Assembly: GCF_036321535.1 (NCBI RefSeq)
Contig: NC_087436.1
Location: 88,972,001 to 89,036,000, forward strand
Length of the DNA: 64,000 nt
Direction: 5' to 3'
Origin: Camelus dromedarius
Lineage: Eukaryota
This document shows positions 1-13,215 of the stretch, piece after piece (the first letter of the stretch is position 1; every line of letters starts with the position of its first letter). A program made the translations under genes and the position numbers. The notes below the pieces were generated by a model. That model did no database searches. It was given only the letters and a program-made list of their open reading frames with translations, and was not told where the DNA came from.

Positions 1-830
1 TCAGCGTTCAGGTCTTTCACATCTTTTGTCAGATTTATTCTTAAATATTTCATTTTTTCTGATGCTACTATAAATTGATTTTTTAAAAAAATTTCAATAT
101 CTGTTCATTGCTAATATACAGAAATATAATTGATTTTTGTACACTGATCTTATTTCCTACAAAATTGCTAACCTCATTTATTAATTCTAGTAGCTTTTTT
201 GTAGATTTCATCAGGTTTTCTACAAAGACCATCATACCATCTATGAATAAAAGACAGTTTTACTTCTTTATTATTTGATGATTTTACTTCCTTTTCTTTC
301 TTGACTACATTAGTCAGAACCTCCAGGAGAGTCTTGAATAAAAGTGGTGAGAGACAATATCCAGGTCTTGTTCCTGATCTGAGGGGAAAAGTGTTTAGTC
401 TTTCAACAATAAGTAGAGTTTTTTTTTAAATAAACACTTTTCATCAGGTTGAGAAATTTCCGTTTTTTATTTTTTCAGTTTGCAAGAATGGAAGTTAGAG
501 TCTTTCAAATGCTTTTTCTATGACCACGAGATTGTCACCTGGTTTTTCTTTTTTTAGTTTGAATACAGGAAATTACATTGCTTGATCTTCTAATGCTAAG
601 CCAAGCCTACATTTTTGGTATAGGTCTCACTGAGTCATTACGTATTATCCTTTTATGTATTGTTGAGTTTGATTTGCTATAATTTTGTGTAAATTTTTTG
701 CATCTGTGTTCATAAGGGATATTAATCTTCCCCTAAATCCCTTCATATTCTCTTGATATCAGGTTAATGGTAACAGGATAATTCTGGTCTCAAAAAATGA
801 GTTAGGAACTTTTTTCTTCTCTACCATTTT
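1..830 (-). mobile_element. Old LINE-1 (L1M-type) ORF2 fragment, truncated by window edge
   Basis: T-rich sequence resembling antisense L1 ORF2 (e.g. tctagtagctttttt gtagatt, ttgaataaaagtggtgagag, cttgttcctgatct, tttgcatctgtgttcataagggatatt). Boundaries approximate. Confidence 0.8.
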
Positions 831-1476
831 CTCACAAGATCACCACTATGAAGTAGGTCTAATTGACTCCTCTTAAAAATCAGGAAGGATCAAAAAGAGT
901 CAGTAACTTGGCTCAAAAAATAGAGCACTTAAGTGGCAGAAGCCAGCCTGAAGTCAGGTAAGACCCTAAATTCTAGCTGCCCTTGGAAAGAGATGTGGAT
1001 GCCACAGGAAGCCTCCAGAATGAAAACCGTTGTGGCTTTCCATAACTTTTCTTAGATGTGTTTCAAAATCATTGACTAACTTACCAAGTGAACTGTCCAC
1101 CTGCCACTCTAATTCTAATGGGGTAGAAGGACACCATCCTGTCATGTCACTTAAGCTGTCAGGCCTGTCCAAACACTTCCTTCCAAATAACTAACATGTC
1201 CTGGGCTTAACTTTGGAGCTCACATAAGACATCCATACACTTCTGAAAGAAATTCTAGGATTATTTTAAGAACAAGGCTTTGTTGTTGTTTTAAATATAT
1301 ACAAAGGTTAATATTTATCAAATAATTAAAATAAGCCAAATTTATAGGTGGCTTAGCCTTTACTGATTTAACTTGGGTATAAGTACACAACACAAAAGGT
1401 TTTTTGTTTTTTTTGGAGTTAAATATAATCAACATACAATTCCATTCACACCCACAATTAGTCATGTATCACTCAC

Positions 1477-1562
1477 AGGAAGCCTCGGAATCTGTTGAGG
1501 TCATTGTTTGGACTTTCACATTCTATCCTGCTGGAGAATTTTTCAGGATCAACTTCAGAGTC
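1477..1562 (-). CDS. ATP10D: ATP10D exon 5 (DSEVDPEKFSSRIECESPNNDLNRFRGF[L])
   Basis: ttttcAG acceptor and GTGAGT donor; 86 nt; starts in phase 0 after exon 4; peptide matches the P4-ATPase actuator region as I recall for ATP10D. Confidence 0.95.
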
Positions 1563-2125
1563 CTGAAAATATAGTTTTTAAAAATCACAAAACAAAAATT
1601 CAAGGTTATATCTTGAGGTTTAAGTGTTTATCCTTTCACCAATTTTTAAAATAACACTAAGGCATTCTTGTCACAAAATTTATGTCACAAATTGCCCAAA
1701 TGAAGGAAAGTACAGACATAATTATTAATGAATATATGAGATCGTAATGGTCCTAGAACATTAATAAACATCTTCAGGTGATAAGAATGTCTGAATCATA
1801 TACTGGAATCCATGCAGTTCTCCCTGCAGAAGACAACTTCTTTCTACTCATACAGTGCACACTCTTATCCAGAAGACACTGAAAAGCTGAATATATTTTT
1901 GTCGTTATTCTTTAAACCATATAGGTAGTTTCTGAGATTAAGTGTACATATATATGAGTACTCTGATAATGTATACATTTGATCTCAGCAAATTTAAAAA
2001 AAATCAAAATATGCTAGATAGCAGTATCTTAAAAAATTCTCTAATAGATCAAAGAGTAATTTTAGAATGCTTCACAAAACCAAAGATTAAATATGCAAAG
2101 TGTCTTGACATAAAATAGGCATGGA

Positions 2126-2300
2126 GAGGGGAGGGTAAAGCTTGGTGGCACAGTGCATGCCTGGCAGGCACGAGGTCCTGATTTCAATCCCCAGTATCAC
2201 CAGCAAAAACAAAACAAAACAAAACAAAAAAAACAACTAAGTAAACCTAATTACCCACCCCTCCAAAAAAACCTAACTTAACGAAAATAAAAAAAGAAAG
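2126..2300 (+). mobile_element. tRNA-derived SINE (camelid Vic-1-like) with 14-bp TSD
   Basis: tRNA-like head with B-box-like gatttcaatccc, (AAAAC)n and A-rich tail, and a perfect direct repeat AAAATAGGCATGGA at 2112-2125 and 2301-2314. Confidence 0.85.
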
Positions 2301-3765
2301 AAAATAGGCATGGATTCTATTAGGCACAGTAAGAACAAGCCCCATCAACCTTATCTCATTTCCTTTTTTATATGGTATTTTGGCTAATAAGATAAATGCT
2401 ATTGATATATCTCAGAATATTTGTATGTATATCAGCAAACATTTGGAAAATGTGAGTTGTATGATCCTATGATTTGATTTGCTAATAATCAATATTTACT
2501 GAGTTCTTCTGATGAACTAGAATCTATATGATGCCCTTAAAATATCTTTAATTATTTTCTTCTTCACAACCTTATGAGGTAGGTACTATAATCAGGCCCA
2601 ATTAACAGATGAAGAGCCACACGTAGAGGATCAGTAATTTGCTGAAGGTCTCAAAACAAGAAGGTGCTAAGAACCAAGATGACAATGGAGGTCATCAGAT
2701 TCTGGAGAGCTCAGCCTTGACTGAACTCAAAGTTTGCTGATTAATCAACTGGTATCACCCTCAAAGCAGGTCTTCAGTGGTATGTAGCAGAATTCCAAGC
2801 TGTATAAGATTTTTACCAATGTTTTAGGTACAAGAATGCTTACAAATGTGGCAATGACAGTAAGCTGAGAAGCGTAATAATCACAGAGGATCTAAAGAAT
2901 CTCTAGGGAGAAAGATGGACTTACTGTGACAAGATGGAATATACCGAAGATAAGGATGTTAGTACGCTAAAATATTTTTAGTGTATAACATATAAGAAAT
3001 CTGACTTAATAGCAGTTCAAGTAAAAAAAAAGTTACATTTTAAAATATCTCATCACAGGTGCTTCCAGAGAAAGGGGAGGAAAACCTGTTTTTAGGTGCT
3101 ATGCATGACGTTTTTATATATACTACTGCACCTGAGTCTTCGCAACAATGCTATTGGGGAGATATCATCATTTCCATTTTAAGATAAAGAAACAGGAATA
3201 AAATGTTTAAGAGACCTGCTCAAAGTCACAGAGTAATTAAATGGCAGAGCTGGGATTCATTCAAACTTGTGTTAATATAACTTCAAAGTTCTTGTTTCCC
3301 TTACCACATTATGGGGAAGGGTCAGAAGCTCTGTGGAATGAGAAGTTACACAAGTCTTAAAAGGCTTTGGTATGTAAGTCATTGTAGATTTTATGAACAA
3401 TGACCAATTGATAATACAATGTAACATATAAAAATCCAAGATTAAGAAAAATAAATTAGAAGTTGATCATTTCTATTGCAAAATTAAAATTTTCCAAATT
3501 GCAAAATTTGCTAGGTTTCTTAAATTCAGTTCCAAAAATATGATTGCCAGATTGACATGTTTGAACCTTGAAGCCATTATATCTGTTACCTATAAAATAT
3601 AGCACATCTCGACTGATATTTGGAACCGGATTAAGCCTTCTGGGATTGCATTTTGTAAAGGTAAAAATGAATTTAAAAATCTCTTTTTCTGTGCAGGTGA
3701 AAATGAGCTCAGTCATCTTCTGAAAAGAAAACGTTAATGTTACCAGAGGAAAACACATTATTTAC

Positions 3766-3970
3766 CTGCTCTGCATATCCCCGAACCACCTGCCTCTGTT
3801 TTAAATTGCTCTCTCCATCAAGACCGGAAGTCTCAATGTGACAGATCCCATCTGGATCAGTGGAAAAGAGTAACACTATATCTGCAGGAATGACCTCGTT
3901 ACAGGAAAGGCGAATAAAGTCCCCAACGGTAACATCTTTCCAGCATCTGTCGACATATTTTTTCTCTTTC
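3766..3970 (-). CDS. ATP10D: ATP10D exon 4 ([68 protein letters not shown])
   Basis: cttcAG acceptor and GTAAAT donor; 205 nt; phase-compatible with exons 3 and 5; contains the actuator-domain motif DGES(N)LK. Confidence 0.96.
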
Positions 3971-4024
3971 CTGAAGTTGAAAATAAAAGTTTGAAAAGAA
4001 TATCAAGCCCAAAATACATATATT

Positions 4025-4185
4025 TTTTAAGAATTTTAAATTGAAATATAGTCAATTTACAACATTGTGTTAATTTCCGGTATATAGCACAGTGATTCAT
4101 TCATACATATATATATTCCTTTTCACATTATTTTTCATTATAGGCCATTACAAGGTACTGAATATAGTTCCTGTGTTATAGTGTT
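4025..4185 (-). mobile_element. Short L1 3'-end fragment
   Basis: ttgaaatatagtcaatttacaacattgtgttaattt...gaatatagttcctgtg is antisense to the L1 3' tail seen at 45165-45425 and 49625-49800. Confidence 0.75.
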
Positions 4186-5329
4186 TTTTTACATTTTAGT
4201 ATATAATTTAAAGTATGAGGGTGAATTTTAATCCATCAAATGCTAAAAGGGAAAGACAGAGAATTGGTAAAACTTAGATGCCACAACTTGCTTCATCTGA
4301 AAATTGAGTTACTAGGCTGCCAAAACATATTTTTCAGTTATTTTTTCCTGTGAGATTTTGAACCATTATGCTATTTGAGTAATCCTGGAATAAAATGAAA
4401 ATGAACATTGGGCAGGCTTGTTCATGTATGAAGCAATTCCTGTATGCTGTCCTTGGTCAGGTGTCAAGGATCCAAAAGTGTACAAGACGTATCAGCTGCT
4501 CTCAGAGAGCTTCCCATGTGGCAGACAGGATGGATAAATTAAAGAAAATTAAAAAAAAATACCCAGACACAACATTTTAAAAATTGTACCACCACATTAA
4601 CACCTCTAATTATCATTTAACAGAAACACTGTTAGTTAAAACAGTCCTGAGTTGGCTGCAGCTGATCCCCAGGAAGAAGAATGGCAAACTTTAACCCTTT
4701 TCAAAGGTGTAGTTTTCCATCTATATATTCAACTCTTTCTAAAGGAAAGACATCAGTTGAGGTTGATTTGCCTTAAACACCTTGCTTCACGTTAAAGTTT
4801 CTGCCAAATTTCTCATGCCCTTTCATACCAATGGCATGAATTAGGCTCCACAAAGCATTTTTCTTAGCGTAAAATCAGGAAATTTGTATCATCGAATATT
4901 AGTTGTCATTAAAATGTACTTATTTTAAAAGTAAGGATTTATTTTCTATTACATTTCTGAAGCTCAATATTCAAATTCATTGTCAAAAGAACCCTGGGAG
5001 ATAGTTATAGTCCAAGCTATATGGCCTATATATTAAAAATAAATGTATCATATTAAATAGAAATGACACTCTAAGCTCATATTTGTATAACTTCTCCTAT
5101 ACAGAATAACAGTAGTTATTTCAAGATATATTTAGCTTAAAGGGCTACCTAAGAAGAACATTTTCAGGACACATTCTCCCAAAATATCTAATGCATCTGG
5201 TTGAATCCAACTAAAGGAAATCCTTAATTACACATGAGTTTGTTAGTTTATGGAGAAAGGCAAATCAATGGTTTTATCAGTCTTTTTTCCCCCAGTGTTT
5301 GTACACACTTGTTCACGCTTCCATGGAGG

Positions 5330-6062
5330 GAAGTAACAGAGGTAAGATCAAAAAGGTGGGCAGAGGCAGTATTTTGAAGGTTCAGTCCTACTGCCATACC
5401 TAGGATCAGGGATTTCATTCCAGAGACGAGGGAAAAATCACTAAAGGTTCACAGAAGGATATGATTCTATTTGTACTTGCTAACTCTCGCTACAGAGTAA
5501 TGGATGGACTGCTGGGTGGCAGGCTAGTTAGGGATAGGAATGGCCAAGAAACTAGTGGAAAGTTATTGAAATAATTCAAGGGAGGGATGAAGATGGTTAG
5601 AATTAAAGTAGTAGCAAAGGATGGATGGAAGGAGGTTAAATCAAGATATGTTTGGGTACTAGAGATAATCAAGTTTTATGTCTTATTACATGCAAAGAAG
5701 TTATCAAGGATGGCACTATGGTTTCTAACTTGTATGATGAATGATGCCTTTCACCATGTCCCAGATTTTAGAAGTAACTGGTTGCATCATAGGGAAGATA
5801 ATAAATTTAGTTTGGAAAGTTTTTATTTGAAGTAGGATATAAAATTGAAGTGGTCCAGCAATTTGAGTATTCTGACTTGAAGTTCATGAGCAGAAATATA
5901 AATTTAGAAGTCCTGGGTACGTAGAGGGGAGCTGACACTAGGTAAAAATATGAGATATGACATCAGATAAGGAAAGAGACTTCAAGGTGACAGAGAAGTA
6001 AAAGAAGACCCAACAGGAAGTGTTGTCACAAAAATAAAAAAGGAAATTTCTAAAAGGGTGTC

Positions 6063-6094
<32 letters not shown>

Positions 6095-6545
6095 GGCCAC
6101 AAAGAGGTCATGCCTGTGGTATGTCATTATTAGGATGTCTGCTATCAAGCTGATAGTGTGAAACTGTAGATGGGGAGAGTGAAGAAGGGAGTGAGACCTC
6201 CAGTGAATCAGGGAATGATTGGAAGGTAAAGAAGTCAAATATTTCATGAAGTTTAGCTACGAAAGGAATAAAGGGTGAAAGTAGCCACTGCAGTGGAAAG
6301 TTGAAGGATAGAAAGATGAAAGAGCTGAGCATGCACATAACATGCAGGGAAGAAGCCATGCAGAAGGCAAGTAGAAGAGAGAGGACAGAGTGGGGGGTGC
6401 TGGTTGAGGCTGCGGAGAAGCACCGAGGAACGGAACTAAGAATACAGATGAAGGGATCACTACTACAAGGAGGGAAGTTAATGCTTCCTGTAACGTCTGA
6501 AGAGAGGAGGTGAAGACGTGTAAGAAGGAACCGAGATACACTCTT
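5330..6545 (-). mobile_element. Ancient LINE-2 remnant
   Basis: Purine-rich degenerate L2-like sequence. Family assigned by pattern only. Confidence 0.55.
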
Positions 6546-6571
6546 CATGCTTAATGACCTCTACTTTTTCT

Positions 6572-6938
6572 TTTTTCTTTTTTGAGATGGGTAGCTATAT
6601 ATTTTTATTTATTTAACATTTTTTTTATTGAGTTCTAGTCATTTTACAATGTTGTGTCAAATTCCAGTGTAGAGCACAATTTTTCAGTTATACGTGAACA
6701 TACATATATTTGTTGTCACATTTTTTTTCACTGTGAGCTACCACGACCTCTACAAATTCCAGTGTAGAGCACAATTTTTCAGTTATACATGAACATACAT
6801 ATATTCGTTGTCACATTTTTTTTTTCACTGTGAGCTACCACGACCTCTACAAATTCCAGTGTAGAGCACAATTTTTCAGTTATACATGAACATACATATA
6901 TTCGTTGTCACATTTTTTTTTTCACTGTGAGCTACCAC
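6572..6938 (-). mobile_element. Young 5'-truncated L1 3' end with 16-bp TSD and internal triplication
   Basis: TSD GACCTCTACTTTTTCT at 6556-6571 and 6939-6954, T-rich tail, L1 3'UTR-like body. Confidence 0.85.
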
Positions 6939-6947
6939 GACCTCTAC
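6659..6947. repeat. Tandem triplication of a 95-97 bp unit
   Basis: Near-identical copies at 6659-6753, 6754-6850 and 6851-6947 (aaattccagtgtagagcac...ctaccacgacctctac). Confidence 0.95.
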
Positions 6948-9900
6948 TTTTTCTATGAAGAAAGCTGTGCTGAGAATTTGTGAAAGTAGGGAGACAAGAC
7001 AGACTTGAATATTAGGATTAAGGATTTTATCTTTCAAATACAGGAAGTAGAATTCATCTAAGGGACAAATATCCATAATCTACATTGGAACAAAATTCAA
7101 ACGAAGCCAACTGTATAACTGAATTAACTTCACTTTTCCCCACTTGGGGTGCATAACCAGGATTAAAAATAAAATAGCTAATTTCCTCAACAGCTAGCTA
7201 GTTCAGGGCAGGAAACATATACTGATATTAATTTATGCCAGTTACCATGTTAGGTGCTAAGAATACAAAAGTGATTAAGATATGGTCACCACCCTACAGA
7301 AGTTATGGTCAAAATCTCAAAGAGGGACACAAGCAGCTACTTCATAAGAGAGAGGTATGCACCGGCCACTAAGGGAGCAAACGCCTGGGGCATTTAGCTC
7401 TGGAAGAGGTGAGTCCTGAAGGATGATCAAGGTGAGTAAGGTGAAGGTGGGACAGTATCTCGGTGAGAGGACTCATGCTGAGAGCAGAGGCATAAGGACA
7501 CAGGCACGGGGTGAAAGCAACAAGCTAAGTGACAATGCTCACTGCCAGTTTTAACTAGCTTTGAAAATTTGTCATCGTGGTAGACTCAAAATGAGGCCAT
7601 ATTTCCTTCCTGGTAGAGAATTAAATGAGAACTAGTAAAAGGACTTCCTTCTTCTCACACAGCCTAAAAGTACAACTAGAATTTTTTTGCATCTGCTTGG
7701 ATACTTGGGCTTCTGTATGACTCTCATGGGTCAGGATACAGCTCTCATAGTCCCTCTTCAGGCAAACTTCAAGATCCTTTCTGCTTCTTGAAAAGTTCCA
7801 TGTCACACAGTTCTGCTCCATAAGCATTGGGAAAAGTTAGGAAGAATACATGTTGAATACATGTTATTGACAGTGACTCCACTGGATAAAAGGTGGAAAA
7901 TGTGGACTTCTACTTCTTACTTTAACAAATCTAAAGCAAGAAAGGGTGAAATTATGAATTTTTCTTTTTGACGATCTTTAGTATTTTTCCAATGAAATAC
8001 TAGAAATAATTTATAATAAGCAAATAATGGATAATCATTGGACACAAGAGCAGCTAAGATTTATTGGATGCTTTATATTTAAGTCATTTAATTTTTCTAT
8101 CAGTGTTATGTAGTTGGTCCTATGAATGTACTATGCTCCACTCCTGCACCTTTTATAAATGAGAAAACACTGGCTTTGACGGGTTAAGTCACTGGCTCAA
8201 GGTCCCGTACTTCCTAGCAGTCCTGGGATTTGAAACAAGGCAGGTAGCTCCAGAGCCCACCTCTCAAATACTAGTCTTTACTCCCAGCTAAAGTAACTTA
8301 CCAATGACCACCAAACAAAACATGGTTCAATAGTGTATTAGAAAGTGAATCTCAAGAACCACTGCACTGAAAAATGTCACACATAAATTAGGTTAATATC
8401 TTAGAAGGACACTGGTATTTAGTCTCATTTCAAGAACCACGAAATTCTATGGATTTATGGGAAGGTCCTAAAATATAAATATCAGCTAGTATTTTTAAAC
8501 TCCTAAAATCAACCATATGGTGATGTTTAAAGATCAGAAAACAATGCAAGTTCCTGGAGCGCAGGCATTTTATCTATTTTTTTTTTTTTTGTTTAAATCT
8601 CTAAATCGCTCAGTGCCTATAATATAGTAGGCGCTTAGATTTGTTGGATGATTAATAGTTCTATTTTCAACACACTTCTATTATCTTTGAAGCTAACCTT
8701 AAAACCTTACAAAAGGCTGCCATTTTAAAGGCAATCTTAAGAAAGTCAGGTTTTCTATAGTAGTTCATTCTAACTTAATTGGGGTATAACAGGGTTTAAA
8801 TGTTTAATTTCTATACTGACATTTGCTATTTCCCAATGAGAGTTTCCCAAAGAAAATTAAACACCTTGTGAAAGACTACCTATTACAAATAAGAACCAAA
8901 TTATCTGCACAGAAATGTTAATATGCTTTTTCCAAAAGCTTGCAAAATTTAATGGCCCCATACTTTCAACTTAATTTTTCTGAGAAATAATTTGTCCTCT
9001 AAAGTAATTTCTTTGTATTTCATAGGAATTTAAGTTAACTCATTTACACCAGCAATGCATGGTCTTATAGCCCACCTTTACTTCTTTGTACTTTTAAAAT
9101 TTGTTCCAAGAACAAATGGGGGGGGGGGGGTAGAATATAGGCATTATTTCTTCTACAACACCAAACAAAAGCTAATTAAATAGGATATAATAAAAAGACA
9201 TAAAGAGCTACCCAATTCTATTAAGAAATGCAATCATAAAGTGGTATCTTGGACTAGACCTCAAAACAGTTGAGAATAATACTGCATCTCATATAAATTT
9301 ATATGCAAATTGTCTAAAATAGATCCAAATTATGTATAAAAGGACACCTGAGGGGGAAAAAAAATTATAGCAGGTCTTCCATTAGGCAATTTTAATATTT
9401 ATAAAATCATACAATGTTTTAAGGAATTCTCAAATATTGATTAAATGACTTGATAATGCGACAAAAACTCTAGCTTATAGTCACTATTCACCTACAATAA
9501 TCACAATAGCTACCCTTTACTTGGCACTTAGAAAGGGCTAGGTACTATGCATACTGTCCTATACTGTTTTATTCAAATGAAGGGAACTGGAATTTAGCTA
9601 GTTTACGTGATCTGCCCAAGGCTACACAACTACAGAGAAAATCAGGATTAGAACTTTTTGGAGCAACCTAGAAAAGCAAATACACACAGTATCAGCTCTA
9701 AAGTGGCACTGAAAATCAGCAATTATTTATGTACAAGAATCTGTACTTCAAAATATGTATAAGAAGTATTCTTTCCATTCACTAAATCTGGCATTAGCTA
9801 TCTTAAAATTGGTCAAAATATGGATTTTGTTCATCATATAATCACTGTGAAATAGTATTCCCTACAGCTATGTTTTGAGGGCAGAGACTGTTACCAACAT

Positions 9901-11204
9901 TTCACCTTTCTTTCCCAGGCATATAATAAGCATTTAAATGTCATCGAATAATTCACAGCACTGTTTTAGTAAAGTGCTCCATGACTTTAAAATAAAAGCC
10001 ATGGGCTTTTACTATTTTTTCATTTTTCTATACATCAATTTTTCTGATTCCCTTTAGAGTAGACATGAGTAAAAGAAAAAAGAACTAATTTTTCCTTATT
10101 TCCTTATTTAAGAAAAAAGAACTAATTTTTCCTTATTTCCAAATCATGTTATAAAGGGGAAAAATTGTTATTTTGTTTTCTTTACAGGTCTTTAAAAAAT
10201 TGGGGGGAAAGCCACTGAAGAATTCTAATAATGAACAACATTCATCCTACAGTTTTCAGCTTGAACACCACTTCTTCAGAGAAGCCTTCCCTAATCACTG
10301 GTTCATATAAAATTGAAGACAATTCTACTATTAGGACAAGACTCTGAGTTATTTTTCTCCCAAAACAACCACCACAAAAAACTTATGTCATCTGGTTGAA
10401 CTCTTGGTCAGTCAAATGAGCCTAACATTTATTCAGAATATACCAGCGTATTATAAAACTAGACTTTTAAACCTAGGTATCTTTTTACTGTGACTTGGAA
10501 AGTAGAATAGAACAGAATCTCTAGTCTGAAAAATTTAGAATTAATGCCTTATAAATTTGAGTGTGTTTCACAGCACTGAGGTGAACCCAAGAAATATGCC
10601 AAATGCTCAGAGATCTCAGAAGGGCGACAGCATCTGTCCAAGGGGACCTGTGAAGTCTTCCCAAAGGCTGAAATGGGTGCTATCTTTGTGCTCAAAGCTC
10701 ATCTTTCAGCTCTTCACATGTTCTCCCTCGAGGACTAAGTCAAACTCCTAACTTCAAAATCACCTCTAAATGGACTGACGACTTTCAGATTTCTCTCTGT
10801 AGCCTTTCCTTCCTTCCAGATATTCTATAAGACGTTCCTACTGGTCCATTGGGCATTTCCACTAGGATGCCTGTCTTGTTATCATTTCCAGTCCTTTCTA
10901 CCTGAGATGAATTTAATGCTTCCTATTTCTATCAGTGGTACTTTTATCCTCCGAAGCTTTAAAAAAAAAAAAATCACCAAAGTTCACTAAATTCCATTGG
11001 GCTCTTCTTCACAGTGGCTCTTCTATGAATCTCTTCCTGTACTTAGCATCTACTCCCACTAGTGCCCTGGACTGAGTAGCAGAGGCAAATCTATATGGAA
11101 GCCATTCTCACGACCCGAATGGACTGATATTCCTAAAGCACAACTTCTATCATGTTACTTATTTCCCCAAAAGATAGATTCTGGACCACTAAAGGAAAAC
11201 ACCC

Positions 11205-11635
11205 GCGACAGTTAATTTTATAAGCCATCTTCACTGGGCCACGGGATGCCCAGATATCTGGTCCAACATTCTATCTGGGTAAGTCTGTGTATGTTTCTGG
11301 GAGAGATTAGCATTTGAATTGCTGAACTGAGTAAAGCAGGTGGCCCTCCCCAGTGGGTATCATCCAATCTGCTGAGGGCGTGGATAGAACAGAAAGGTGA
11401 AAGAATTCATTCTATCTGACTGACTGAGTTGGGACACTGATCTTCTGCCCTCAACACTCCTGGTTCTCATGTCTTCAGACCTGGACCAGGATCTATACCA
11501 TTGGCTCTCTGGCCTTTCGGGGACTCCGGCTTGCAGATGGAAGACAGTGGGACTTCTTGGGCTCCGTAATTCCATGGGCCAATTCCTTATAATAAATCTT
11601 ATTTCTATTCATTCTGTTTCTCTGCAGAACTCTTT
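11205..11635 (+). mobile_element. Solo LTR, MLT2/ERVL-like
   Basis: Starts cagttaatttta...cactgggccacgggatgcccagatatctgg; has AATAAA at ~11591 and ends ctgtttctctgcagaactct, resembling the MLT2 consensus from memory. Confidence 0.8.
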
Positions 11636-13020
11636 CATTCAATGTCTAAGCAGCAGCCTGGTGATGAAGTCCCTCCACAGGAGGCCTCCAACTCCCTCTC
11701 TAACTTTTTATTTCTCATTACTGTCCCTTTACTTGGTTACTCCCCTCAGGCCAAGTGAACATACTCACTAACCCCAGAGTACTCCATAAACCTTCCAAAC
11801 TCTCAAATGGAAAAAAGCGACACCAAAAACTCTTTGTAAAGCAGTTAACATATTAGATTAAGAATTCCACGAATCTATTCCAATAATGACTTTTTAAAGA
11901 AGCGGATACACTTTTCATGAAAGGGCACTCCAGAGAATTAACATTATAAACTTTGTAATTCATTTTCATAAAAGCCACACAAATAAGGACTGAAATAGAT
12001 TCCTCCTCTTTGATCAAGTAATTCCATTTCTAATTATAATGCAGAAATAATAATAGATCTTTACCACTTTTGTATAAGAATCCTCATTGAAGCATACATT
12101 CTCAAAATTATATAAATATGGGAAATGTTTAAATTACCTTAGTCATATTATAGGCATTGCAGCTATTAAAAATACTTTCTTAAAGGATAAAGACATGGGA
12201 AGTGTTTATGGTGTAATATTAGGCTAAAGGAACTAGAAAAAAACAAGATATGTAGTACAATCCCAGTTTTTCAAACCATCCCCTGCTTCCCACAAACAAC
12301 GTGCACATGACTTGAAGGAATACATCACAGTGTTGGAAATACCTGCCTTTGGACACTAGCATTGTAACATCTGTAAATGTGGTCAGATACACACAGCATG
12401 GTTGAAAATTCACCTGAATGGGCTTTCTTCTTGGCTACACAGGCTTGCTATGCCATAAATACTGGGATACAAGTCTCCAGCAGAGCAGATATGCTCCTGG
12501 AAAGACCTCCTATTATGAATGCCCTCGGGTGCTCTTGCAACAGGAAGGGTTTTACAGGCCTCCAGCTTTCGGTGCACAAAAAAAGAGCACTCTTCTCCAT
12601 TTTTCACAGTTCTTTTCCTCAACAGGAAACTTGCCTTCTCTTTCTCATATCCCATCTTGTTCTCATATCCATTCATATTTTCCATACCCCATCCTCTTCT
12701 TAATCCCAAATTGTAGCATCTAGGATTAAAACTATCTGCTTGTTTTCCTTCTTAGAGTTTGAAGTTTAATTCTTTCAATCCCATTTATGGTTAAATTATA
12801 GCTTTGGTTTTATCAGCTCCTGGGTTGACAATGGCATATCCATTATTGTTTTCCTATAATGCCTGGATTGAATTCACTGTAGGACTTTAATTAATATTAA
12901 TTGAAAATACCACCCCACCCCCAAAAGGGTTCTAGTCACACCTAAGGGGGAAAAAAGTAGCATTCTGCATATTTCTAAATGATACATGTTATTCCCCAGT
13001 ACAGCTCCTGTTACACTTAC

Positions 13021-13215
13021 CTACTGTAAACTTTAGTCACTAAATTGTTGATCTGTTTGTCAATTTTGTATTTTCGGTAATCTTCCAAGCCATCTTTAAT
13101 TGCAATAATTGTAAGGACAACCACCAGAGGCAGCATCGTAATTTCCTTTTGGAAGGCTTCTACCAGAGGCACCCAGTTCAGGACAACTAGAAACAGGAAA
13201 TACAAATTGGCGGCT
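13021..13215 (-). CDS. ATP10D: ATP10D exon 3 (AANLYFLFLVVLNWVPLVEAFQKEITMLPLVVVLTIIAIKDGLEDYRKYKIDKQINNLVTKVYS)
   Basis: tgcAG acceptor and GTAAGT donor; 195 nt; phase 2/2; encodes TM1-TM2 of a P4-ATPase. Confidence 0.97.

Noticed and set aside
6659..6947. CRISPR-like regular repeat
   Set aside because: The units are contiguous, have no unique spacers, are L1-derived and sit in a mammalian intron.
12377..12723. Cluster of overlapping ORFs and a possible cryptic ATP10D exon (donor-like CAG|GTGAAT at ~12413)
   Set aside because: There is no recognisable protein similarity, and exons 3 and 4 already join in phase without it.
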